Source: Curvularia clavata (lineage: Eukaryota). From it: a DNA stretch of 52,203 nt. Location: NCBI GenBank assembly GCA_023920165.1, contig CP089275.1, positions 5,828,001 through 5,880,203 of the forward strand, given 5' to 3'. Shown in pieces: positions 13,105-24,045 of this stretch. Each line of letters starts with the position of its first letter. Position 1 is the stretch's first letter. The translations under genes were made by a program, and so were the position numbers. Below the pieces are notes generated by a model that was given only the letters and a program-made list of their open reading frames with translations, did no database searches and was not told the DNA's origin.

Positions 13105-15125
13105 AATAACGTTTGGATTCCATAATCACGAAACGAGCTCAACTTACCCCACAAACAAGTGGCGATTGCAGGTACATGGTGAGTTTCTGCTAAGTCCCCA
13201 CTGTGACTCCATCTAGCTCGTAATGCGTCAACGTCACGTCAATATATTAGATCAGAGGGACTTTTCCACAGTGATATCCCATATGTCTCGCTCTCACCTG
13301 TTCCTTCCGCCGCTCTGATACTGTTCGCTTATTCGGGTTGCTTGTAGTCATGGTTTCGACTATATGTCATGAAAATGGGAAGGCAGGATGTCGGAGGAAA
13401 TTGGCAATATAGTACAGCAATTTTTTATTCTGTCGATCAGAGGCTAAAACAACAGTTAACTAATAAACTGGATATTCTTAGGAAGAAGGAGCAAAAGGAC
13501 AGGGACTTACTAATAGAAAACTTTGGAATTAGGATGAAGAAACCCCACAACTAACGTGAGATATCTTAGGATCTAGCTAAGATGGTATTCACTAAGTGCA
13601 GAATATAGAGTAAGTATCTAAATAGAAAGATTAATATAAATCTCATCTAGGCTATTACTCGTACTAGCACATAGATTTAATATTAAAGGGCTGTATGCTG
13701 CAGAACTATCGCATTATACACGTAACGCATACGCGCTGTTTGTAGAATGACCTTAGATACGTGGCGGTATAGCAGCACAGCGGGTGGCCCGAAGGTCGGT
13801 ACTGACGGGAGGGTTCTGGGCGTTGACGCCGAAGCAAGGTTACTTGAGCTTGAGAAAGCTTGATTTCGTAGCACTGATAGGTAAATGCACCCACCTCCAT
13901 GCTAGCGCTAGCACGGTTCGAGGGGTCCAAAATCTGCGGTTCGGGGGGTACAGAATGGCTGATATAGACAAAAACTCTAACGCTAAGTCAATCTTGGCAC
14001 GGCTCGGACTCGAATCCGCGTCTTATATTGGTTAGGTCTTACTGTATACAAACTAGAGCCAAAAATCCTCGGAGGTTCCGTAGACGCGTCGCTACCACCT
14101 TAGATAAGCAAGCTCTGGTTGGTCAGATGGTATAGAGTTCAGAGCGCACGGCTTCGGTGCGTCTGATTTATGAGATGATACATCACTCGTTAGTTATCTC
14201 TGTAGCTGATCAACGCCTTAGCAGGTCTCATCTCTAGTTCCACCAATGAGAAGTCTGCACAAGCCTGTTACTGCAGTGACTACAGCCTCATCCATCAGTC
14301 AATTACACACGGGGAGTTCACTTATTGACTGACTGCCAAGGAACCTGACTGTTAGTAACAGTAACTGGCAGTCGGATGGACTATTGGGAACGATTAACTG
14401 TTTGCCTGCGCCGGCTAAATGCCAGAATAAAGTTCCTAAACCTCTAGCGAGTATTACTGAGATTTAGAATTGGATTATTATATTCGCCGACATTTCGCCG
14501 CGGATGAGCAAGGAACATCAATCTAGTCTGAAGATGACGCCATGTGAAGTTGTTAGGCATAAACAAGTGTTTGAGTAGTTCAGTTCGGCGCAAAGTCTTT
14601 GAAACTATAATCGGTCTGTTACCGATAGATTGTACATTATACAGAAAAGTGACATTCAAGATGGCGTATAGCCTCCCTGAGAGTTGCTCACAGTACAATC
14701 TGTTGGACGTTGCTAAGCTTGGTCTTTGCCTAATTCTCCTTGATAAATTGAATACAGGTACGTCATTTGCATGTAGGCAGCGGTGATGTGTCTTGAGAGG
14801 GGGTGGCTGTGTGCCGACTGCGCACAATCCCGGCGTCTCATAAGCCGTATCGGCCCGCGATACCTCGAGATGGCTTGTTGCCTGATACAAATCTTACTCA
14901 CCTCTCATTCATCCTACCCCCTTGTACTATTTTCGAGGGCATTTTGGGATTTAGGCATGATATTATTCCGCCAACGGTGAAGTCGTCCGGATAAACTGTT
15001 TATGAGCTAGGAAAGCTTCAGGCACAGACCATACTGCAATGTTTAAAAACCATACGAGTTATCTTCCTTCTGTACATAAAATACTTCACGTTCATTGTTA
15101 GTTTAGTAGCTTAACAACGAAAATT

Positions 15126-18100
15126 ATGGCAAGCTCCATGCTTCTGCCAACTTTGGTAGCCGCAGCTCTTGCGCAGACCTCATCCCCTACCAAGTTTATC
15201 TGTGATACCGGACCAACAGCAGTGGCTTACAAGGCAACATACACATACCAAGGCTGCTATAGTGACCCCAATAGCAGTATCCTTTCTGCCGCAAAGATCA
15301 ACACCATCCTCGTAACTCCACAATATTGTGCGACCTACTGCGGCGGCCGTGGCTTCGCCTATGGTGGGCTCAGAAATGGAAAGTAAGAGTAAACAAAGCC
15401 GAAGTATTAAATAAAAAGAAAATAACATAAGATTGTAGTACATGTTATTGTGGAGCTACGCCCAATTTCGACAACGCCAACAAAGCGAATGATACTCAGT
15501 GTAGCTATAAGTGTCCTACAGACCCTTCGTTCGCCTGCGGTTCGTATAATTCCATGTCTCTTTACAAAGTCGATAACCCGAAGTCATCGAGTGGGATCGA
15601 AAAAAGTACTGCACGTACTCCAGCTTGTTATACCAGCCCTCTCTGTGGCCATCAGGTTTGCAATACTTCCCTGAGTATTTCGGAACGGGTTGCATCTCTC
15701 GTCAACTCTCTCACAGAGCAGGAGAAGATTTTTAACTTGGTTGATGCATCTGGGGGCTCCGAGCGTCTTGGTCTTCCTCCCTACGCGTGGTGGAACGAAG
15801 CTACTCATGGTGTCGGCGAAGCCCCCGGTGTCCAATTTAACCCTATGCCTGGCAACTTCAGTTACGCGACTAGTTTTCCGAGTCCGATTCTTTCTGCTGC
15901 CGCTTTTGATGATGACCTCATCTTCAAGATTGGGCAAGTCGTTGGCAAAGAGGGTAGAGCCTTCGGCAACAATGGCTTCTCTGGTTGGGACTTTTGGGCT
16001 CCTAATATGAGTGGGTTGATCGCGCTCAAGACATATTACTTTGGCTAACACTCATAGATGCTTTCCGTGATCGTAAGTTCTGCCGGCAAATTTAATGTTC
16101 ATTTGTTCTTAGCTTTTCCACAAGGAATATATTTGCAGGACCGATGAGGTTACATCAGCAAAGATTAGTATCCGACTAACATGTTCCATGTAGCTCGATG
16201 GGGTAGAGGCCTAGAGACTCCTGGCGAAGACCCTCTCCGCGTCTCAAATTATGTCCGAGCTTACGTTCCTGGTCTTCAGGGTAATGATCTGGATCATAAG
16301 CAGATCATTGCTACCTGCAAGCACTACGCTGTCTACGACATTGAGACTGGTCGTCGTGGCAACAGTTACAACCCAACTCAGCAAGACATGGCCGACTACT
16401 ACATGGTTTCATTCAAGGCATGCGTTCGAGACGCCCATGTCGGTTCCATCATGTGCTCATACAACTCCGTCAATGGAATACCATCTTGCGCCAACGAATA
16501 CCTTCTTCAAGACGTACTCCGAGACCACTGGAATTTCACCGGTCCAGCGGACTATGTTGTCTCGGACTGTGGTGCTCCCCAAGCCGTCTTCTCATGGCAC
16601 AACTATACCAATAGTGCGGCGGATGGAGCGGCCGTCTCCCTCAACGCGGGAACTGACCTAGAATGTGGAACTACCTTTCGTACGTCACGACCTCAGTCCT
16701 TTCATCTAGACAAGCGGTACTGATCAGATCCTACAGTCAATCTCAACATATCTCTTGCAGCCAACACGACATCAGTTGCCAGAATGGATCAAGCGCTCAC
16801 CCGTCTCTATCATGCTCTTTTCAATGTCGGCTACTTTGACAGCAGCCCCTATCAAAATCTTGGTTGGTCTGACGTTGGAACGCCCGACGCACAACAGCTG
16901 GCTTATCAAGCAGCTGTTGAGGGCATCGTTCTTCTCAAGAATGACGGCGTCCTCCCTGCAAAGCATCCGCGAAAGGTTGCCCTTATTGGGCCGTACGCCA
17001 ACGCCACAGTCCAGATGCAAGGTACTTACAGTGGTACAGCTAAAGACATTGTGTCACCTCTCCGTGCCGCCCAGGAAATGGCCAATTGGGAGGTTACCTA
17101 CGCTGGGGGAACTGCAATTAATACAACGAACACCACCGGCTTTACCTCTGCACTTTCAGCAGCCACACAAGCCGACCTTGTAATCTACCTTGGCGGCCTC
17201 GATACATCTGTGGAAAAAGAAGCTCTTGATCGCACAACACTCACTTGGCCTGGTAATCAGCTAGATCTTATTGAGCAACTTGCCAAAGTCTCTAAAAGTC
17301 TTGTGATTGTGCAGTTTGGGGGCGGCCAAGTTGACGACGCTCCTCTGCTCAAAAATTCCGGCGTTAACGGCATCGTATGGGCGGGATATCCATCTCAGGA
17401 TGGTGGTCCAGCTATTATGGATATAATTACAGGAAAAGTCGCGCCTGCTGGTCGTCTGCCAGTCACACAATATCCGGCAAGCTATGTGAATGATGTATCA
17501 ATCTACGACATCGAGCTTCGGCCTAATGGTACCTATCCAGGGCGGACTAATAGGTTTTACACTGGCGTTCCGACATTGCCATTCGGTTACGGTCTCTCAT
17601 ACACCACCTTTGAATTCGCATGGAGTCGCGCCCTGAAGCCTCAGTACAACGCTCAGAGCCTGATTGCTGAGCACCGCGCTGCTGTTAAGCTTAGTGGTAC
17701 TTCGGGCGACGTGAATGACGCAACACCTTTCGCCAATGTTGAGGTTGAAGGTGGGCAGGCTGATTCTATGTTTCAGATTTACCAGCTAACAAGCCGTAGT
17801 GAGCAATACCGGAAAAGTGACTTCTGATTTTGTGGGCCTTCTCTTCCTTAGTAGCGAAAATGCCGGGCCAAAACCACGTCCTCTCAAGACTCTCGTTTCG
17901 TACGCTCGTCTGCACAACATAAAAGTCGGCGCACCGCAGAACATGTCATTACCACTCACTCTAGGATCCCTCGCCCGGGCGGACGTAGACGGCAACCTCG
18001 TCATCTACCCAGGGGATTATACCCTGTTTTTGGACGTGAACGGCAACAAGAGTTTGAGTTTCAATTTTACGATTACGGGTAATCAGACGGGCAATGTGAT

Positions 18101-18194
18101 CGACACGCTTCCGATCCCAAAGTCAAGCTATCCTGCGACTGTTCCTGTGCATCTGCAAGCGCCCTCGAGACAGGCGTATGGACCAAATTATTAA
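15126..18194 (+). CDS. Secreted GH3 beta-xylosidase-like glycosidase with N-terminal WSC domain; exons 15126-15382, 15439-16010, 16058-16072, 16194-16679, 16737-17750, 17800-18194
   Basis: Signal peptide; WSC cysteine pattern (YQGCYSD..C..YC..TCYCG..C...C......CG); GH3 motifs [35 protein letters not shown], MCSYN, nucleophile VVSDCG and AGRLPVTQY; Fn3-like C-terminus. Confidence 0.93.
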
Positions 18195-18606
18195 CCATCG
18201 TTCTATGTTTAAGGTCATTTTTACCAGAGAGGAGCATGCAGACGTAGGAACAATCAATTCTAAATAATATGAGACGCGGATTATAGGATAACCCGCGCTA
18301 GGAGAGACATAGCGTTAGAGTTTCTATCTACATTGGGCCATTTTAATCTCCTAAATCTATATCATTTTGACCTCTATAAGCCGTACTATTTAGACTTGGT
18401 ATTAGAGTTAACCTAACTTTAAGTACACTCTAATATAGACTCTAGAAGGTATTGTAGAATATATAGTAAGAAAGTCTTTTTTAGTCTCTCTAATAGCAGC
18501 GCGAAACTCGCGGCTTTATATATATAAGTGCATAGGGTAATCGCTACATCCAGAATTAGAGCTAGAGTTAGGGCTTAACCCTAAGCTAACCCCAAGTTTA
18601 GGGTTA

Positions 18607-20114
18607 TCAAGAAAGTCTCAATAGCTGTCCTCGTCTAGAGCCATCGCGAAGACTGCATGCTACAAGCCACGCGAGCCAGTACCTATAGTCATCGACAAGA
18701 ACTACAGAGCACACAGAAGCCCGTGGCAGAAAGCTTACGAAGCCCTGAGGAGCAAGCAGGTGCGCGACCTCGACAGGCAAGAGCCCATCCCCCTTCATCA
18801 CCCCTCCGTGGCGACGAGGTCCGCATACCTATATCGACACGATACACAATGCGCAACAGGCAAGAGCCTCAGCATCTACACGGATGGTAGTGGCATCGAG
18901 GGCGAGATCGGCTTCGCAGCGGTATGCCCGCTAACACAACAGCCGTGCTCCGTACACATGGGTTCAGACACACTGTCGACAGTATATGCTGCAGAGCTAC
19001 AGGGCATCAGCTTAGCATTGCAGATCGCGCAGGAGTACGCAGACGGAGACGGCGAGCGGAAGGATATAGCCATATATACAGACAACCAGGCCGCTACCTG
19101 GTCCGTAGCCAAGGCGGAGGGGCGATCAGGCGTCTACATCCTTGCGGATATTGCGCAACAGGTCCTAGAGCTCCAGAACAAGGATACTCAGTAACCGTCC
19201 GATAGATCCCTGCCCACGTGGGCGTCCCAGGAAACGAGGACGCCAACCTGGCTGCCAAGGAAGCCACCGGATGGAGAAAGGACGGCCGCAGCCAGCAGCT
19301 AGCAGACCCGCCGCCGCCGCTATACCCACTCAGAACAACACTCAGAAGATAGTGCAAGACACAGGCGGAGAGAGCGTAAATCAGCGCATAGAGAGAAGAC
19401 AAGAAAGGCCGCGCGATATACAGGCACACGCCGACGCCCACAAAAAAAGTGCTGCAGCTCCACAAGAGACTCAGCAAGAGGGAGGAGCACGCTGCTGGTG
19501 CAACTGTAAACCGAGAAGATCGGGTTCAACGACTTCCTATTCAACCAACACGTTCCGGACATCACTAGCCCTCGCTACAGCTGCGGGGAGAGGCGATAGA
19601 CCGTCGCTCACATCCTCCTCCACTGCAGCAAGTACAAGAACCTCCGGAATCGCATCTTCGCCAACCTGTCCGGACAGAACAGCCTCAGGACCATCTTGAG
19701 CACGCCGCAGCTAGCCACCAAAGCCATCAAGTATATGGAGCAGACGCAGATCCTTAGACATGTGGGGATCAGAGACATGTAGACGACACCGAGCGTTAGA
19801 GGGAGACTATAGGTATAGCGGACGCGACAGACGAGGCAGCGCGCCTCTACGAGCCTAATATCACAGCATACAGTTAGGAGGACCACTATCGAGATAAGCT
19901 GCCCGGCAAATTGTAGATAGTGGTTGATAAAAAGCGGCAGGTTTTCGGAGAGCTGGTCCTTCTTGAGGGATGAAGTGGGGCGGCGCGGATCAACATCTGC
20001 GCCGCGTCCGCTGTCTGCCACGATCTATCTTTCCGGGCATAGCTGCGCAGTACGCGGCTGAAACCGAGTAGGACTCAATAAATAAATGAATAAATAGATA
20101 AATAAATAAATAAA
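18607..20114 (+). mobile_element. 5'-truncated, RIP-damaged non-LTR retrotransposon (Tad1-like LINE): RNase H, C-terminal zinc-finger region and 3' tail
   Basis: RNase H motifs IYTDGS, TVYAAELQGI, IYTDNQAA and (W>stop)IPAHVGVPGNE; a later VAHILLHCSKY; premature stops; (AAAT)n-like tail at about 20077-20114. 5' limit is approximate. Confidence 0.85.
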
Positions 20115-20438
20115 CCCATCTTTGGACAGGGGGTTTCTCGCTACAGTGGTGGGGCATTAGGGTAATGTTGCAAAGCAATAATAGCCATAGATCTGAACCA
20201 CCCAAGACCTACCACGTCGTGCTGTCGTCATTGATCGCCAACATGGCTCAGAACATGCCTCTATTTGTGCAACAGTTGCGCTTTCTCTTCTTCATCTTCT
20301 GTCTATTTCCTCCTCTCTACAATTCATACTACTCTGCGCGTGCAGAAGTCCAGCAGACATCGACTCCAAGTTCACCGACTTGAACCCGCAACACAGCGTT
20401 CAAGAATCCATATATACCATTCCTAAGCATCCGGAACC

Positions 20439-21494
20439 ATGAAGCACCTTCGACTCACCCCCGGGTCCGGAGTCAAGCCCTTAAAAGACAGCCGATCCGT
20501 CCCAGCCGCCCTCCCAGAAGCCCAAGAAACAAGAATCCACCCAGCGAACGCACCAGACGCCTCAACAAACGCCTCCCTCTTCTTCGTCGGCACTGCAACC
20601 ACGATCCTAGAATGGGAAGGCCTGCGCATTCTCACTGACCCCAACTTTCTCCACGCAGGCGAACACGTGCACCTCGGCCCCGGCGTCAGCGCAACCCGGC
20701 GGACCAATCCCGCCATCGACATCGAAGAGCTGCCGCACATCGATGCCATACTGCTTTCACATTATCATGAAGACCACTTCGACCGGCTCGTCGAAGACAA
20801 GCTGTCCCGTGATATTCCGATCATCACCACGCCCCACGCCCACAGCTGTCTCACGAACAAAGGCGCGGACTCGTTTACCAATGTGCACGCGCTCGACTTC
20901 TGGGACAGCCTGATTGTCGACGTGCACCCCACGATAAGTACAACACCGAGTCTGAGAATAACCGGCATGCCGGGAAAACATGTTCCCCCGGGTCCTCTCA
21001 ACGCGGCCAACGAGATCTTCGGCGCCGTACCCCCGACAAACGGATGGATGATCGAGCTCGGCTATTCATCTCCACCGTCATCAAGCGCGGATGAGTTCGC
21101 AAGCGGGTACATGATGTACATCACCGGGGACACCCTTCTTGTCGACGAGCTCAAGGAAATACCGCAGCGCTATGAAGGGATGGATATCGATCTCATGCTC
21201 ATTCATTTGGGCGGGACTACGATTCCGGGACCCAGTATGCCGTTGTTGATGGTTACTATGGATGCGAAGCAGGGCGTCGAGTTGATGCACCTCATCAACC
21301 CGGATGTGACGATTCCGATTCATTATGATGATTATGATGTTTTCATGAGCCCGCTGGATGACTTCAAGAAGGAGGTTGAGAAGGCGGGGTTGGGTGCAAA
21401 GGTGGTGTATTTGGACCGTAAGGATCAGTATAAGTTTTTGGTTAAGCAGGAGGGGGAGAAAAAGGGGATTAAGGATTTGCCGAGTATAGGCTGA
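20439..21494 (+). CDS. Metallo-beta-lactamase-fold hydrolase (UlaG / Lactamase_B_2-like), single exon
   Basis: Motifs ILTDPNF, LLSHYHEDHFD (HxHxDH), YITGDT and IPIHYDDY. Confidence 0.88.
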   Translation: MKHLRLTPGSGVKPLKDSRSVPAALPEAQETRIHPANAPDASTNASLFFVGTATTILEWEGLRILTDPNFLHAGEHVHLGPGVSATRRTNPAIDIEELPHIDAILLSHYHEDHFDRLVEDKLSRDIPIITTPHAHSCLTNKGADSFTNVHALDFWDSLIVDVHPTISTTPSLRITGMPGKHVPPGPLNAANEIFGAVPPTNGWMIELGYSSPPSSSADEFASGYMMYITGDTLLVDELKEIPQRYEGMDIDLMLIHLGGTTIPGPSMPLLMVTMDAKQGVELMHLINPDVTIPIHYDDYDVFMSPLDDFKKEVEKAGLGAKVVYLDRKDQYKFLVKQEGEKKGIKDLPSIG

Positions 21495-21608
21495 GAAGAT
21501 AGCTGGAAATGAATACAGTCTTTGACAGCGCAAAAGTACTCTGGCGTACAGATTTATGCGCAACTCTCCAAGCACTCTTATGTGTCATCATCATCAATTG
21601 GGAAGTAC

Positions 21609-21696
21609 TGTTTGATTGTTTGATTGTTTGATTGTTTGATTGTTTGATTGTTTGATTGTTTGATTGATTATTTGTTTGATTGTTTGTTTGATTGAT
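21609..21696 (+). repeat. Tandem repeat (TGTTTGAT)n, 8-bp unit
   Basis: About 7 perfect units followed by degenerate units, just 3' of the MBL-fold gene. Confidence 0.9.
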
Positions 21697-21981
21697 TCCT
21701 ACTCGATTTCAGCCGCGTTCTGCGCAGCTATGCCCGGATGCAAAGGGTTGGCGGACAGCTGACGCTTTGCCGAAAAGATATCGGCATCGCCCTACTTCAC
21801 CATACCAGTGGCATGGCCAGCTGCCCCCTCGCCTTTGCGTGGTCTGGCTTCTATCTACGACTCACTACCAATACCCACATTTCATGTCTAGCAATTAGAA
21901 GAGCATGAACTTACGTCGCTGTTGTCTTATTGCGTTCTAAAGGTGGGTGCTTTTCGCTGCCAAAAAGGCGCTATACTACTA

Positions 21982-22059
21982 TTGAATTTCGCGGACACCA
22001 CTAAGCCCAATTCGAATTTCGCGGACATTCTAGGTCTATTTTGAATTTCGGTGACACCA
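21982..22059 (+). repeat. Three spaced direct repeats, T(T/C)GAATTTCG..GACA
   Basis: TTGAATTTCGCGGACACCA (21982), TCGAATTTCGCGGACATTC (22012) and TTGAATTTCGGTGACACCA (22041), at about 30-bp period, at the edge of the AT-rich block. Confidence 0.7.
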
Positions 22060-22754
22060 GCCATCACGGCCATGCTACACCTGCAGCATATAACACAAGG
22101 CCGCGTAGTATTGTAATGGGCTAAACGCCCTTTATATACCAAGCGGTTACTCTATAGAGTATAGCCTCTTATATACATATAAGGTTACGAGAATATTGTT
22201 AAGAGTAGGATCTCGAGTAGAAGTAATATAAGACTTCTGGTATTAAGATCTTCTTAGGCTAGTTTTCGCGGATAAAGTAATAGTATAACTATTATAAACA
22301 GGTTTTATAAATAACTTATATATTATACCTATACTTATAACTTAAGTTAAGTATATTAAGCTATAAGAGTTTAATATCTAATACTACAGTGGGGTGACAC
22401 GAAAAAAGATCACAAGGAAAAATAGCATTTTTCACTAGGCTATATCTTAGCTAATAAAATAGCTAAAAATATAAAAGCTTAAGATTTGTATAGAGAATTA
22501 CCAGCTCTTCTAGTCTATAATCTAAAAAGAAGCTTAGTAAGTATATAGCTCTTAGAAAGAAATGCTGAACTAGAGAGAAAAAAAAACGTCAACTTTGCAC
22601 GTATTTTTCGCGCTGATATTTGTTATTTTATACAGCTATCTATATATAGATATATACTATTAGTATTTATATATAATATATATAGTTTTAAGCTATAGTT
22701 GTCTATCTAGTTAAATAGCTATATGAGATTTGAAATTTTGGCACTAGCTTACAT

Positions 22755-22963
22755 TGTCAGGACCTGGTCCAAATTGGGACATGTTGGTCCAATTCCCTCC
22801 TTCTTCACGCTAGTTAGTCAGCTAGGGCTTACCTAAGGCTATAAAGCCTCCACGATCGCTAGAGGTGCTCGATAGCGATTCGTCTCGTGAATACATGGCT
22901 GTTAAAGCATAGTTCTCTCTCATCTATCTCGTGCTGTACCTTCACGCCACTAACAGTCTAACA
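22755..22963. mobile_element. Short solo LTR (209 bp) inside the Tc1 element
   Basis: TG...CA ends (TGTCAGGA...GTCTAACA) flanked by a perfect 5-bp TSD TACAT (22750-54, 22964-68); higher GC than its surroundings. Confidence 0.85.
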
Positions 22964-23538
22964 TACATAAGCACTAGCTTAGTCAGCTATTAGTAATCAA
23001 CTAGTATATAACTATAGCTTTTCATTTCTAGCAACTTAAAACTGTATTCCCCACACAATGGAGCCACAACTGTCGAATTTCGAACGCCAAATCAAAGCGT
23101 TTTTAGACGCTAATACACCTATAAAAAATATAATAAATTACTTTCAAAAAAATCCACGGTCTATATATAACGCTATAGCTCGAATAAAACGAAAATATAA
23201 AGCTATTAGTGAGCCAAAAAGAGCTAGTTTAGGCGGAATTTCTAAGACAACTTCTAGAGCAATAAGAGCTCTAAATAGAGATATACTACGCAGTCTAAAA
23301 AAACCAAAAAATAGATTATTAAACGAAAATAATCTAGAAATATCTAGTAGAACTCTTCAAAGAGTTTTAAAAGCAGAGGGCTGGACTATAACAACTAGTC
23401 AAAAAAAGCCGATTTTAAACGAGAAAAAAGCTAAAAAACGCCTACTCTACGCTAAAAATAAGCTTAAAAAGCTTAGTAATATTAACTTTAAAAAAGTTAT
23501 ATTTTCTGACGAGTCTGGAATCCAGCGTGGATATGGAT

Positions 23539-24045
23539 TGTTACACGGGGTCCTACTGGTTAGTTGGGAATATACTTACCTAGCCTAGATTCCGGGTTAG
23601 GGCGAGGCCAGTTTCTATGAAGTATACCGTGAGGTAGTTGTCTGGCGATTCGGTGGTAGGGATTAACGGAAGATAGACAAAACCAATCCTATTGGAAGAT
23701 AGAATAACTAGTATCAATCTGAGTATGAAAGGTAACTATGAAAGATACTTTGCTGAGTTGACCACAACGAGTGTAATAATGAAATCCAACACATTCTTAT
23801 ACCCATTGCTTCCGGTCCTGTCCTCACTGTCCTCACGGAATAACCCCTGTGTTCTCTGAAGTCCCTGAAGTCACTTTGGTCACGTGTGAGCGTGTCCTCA
23901 CATACTAGCGTGGTTTCCCGGTCTTGGCCTGAGGCCAGTCATGTGATCGCCCTTCCGCGGGGATCATTACCTTCTGACGTGTCGCCCAATGGTCTCCTAC
24001 CTGCGGCCATCGTCAAGGAGAGATCCTTCTTTGTTACTTGTAACA
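23539..24045 (-). repeat. 3' LTR (507 bp)
   Basis: Identical by eye to 30450-30956; adjacent to the polypurine tract. Confidence 0.96.

Noticed and set aside
18565..18606. TTAGGG/CCCTAA-like cluster as an interstitial telomere or fusion scar
   Set aside because: Mixed orientation and non-tandem, within RIPed DNA. Better explained as RIP-mutated GGGGTTG/CAACCCC repeats of a transposon end.
21609..22059. Repeats as a CRISPR-like array
   Set aside because: Eukaryotic context; one part is a microsatellite and the other has only three degenerate units; no cas genes.
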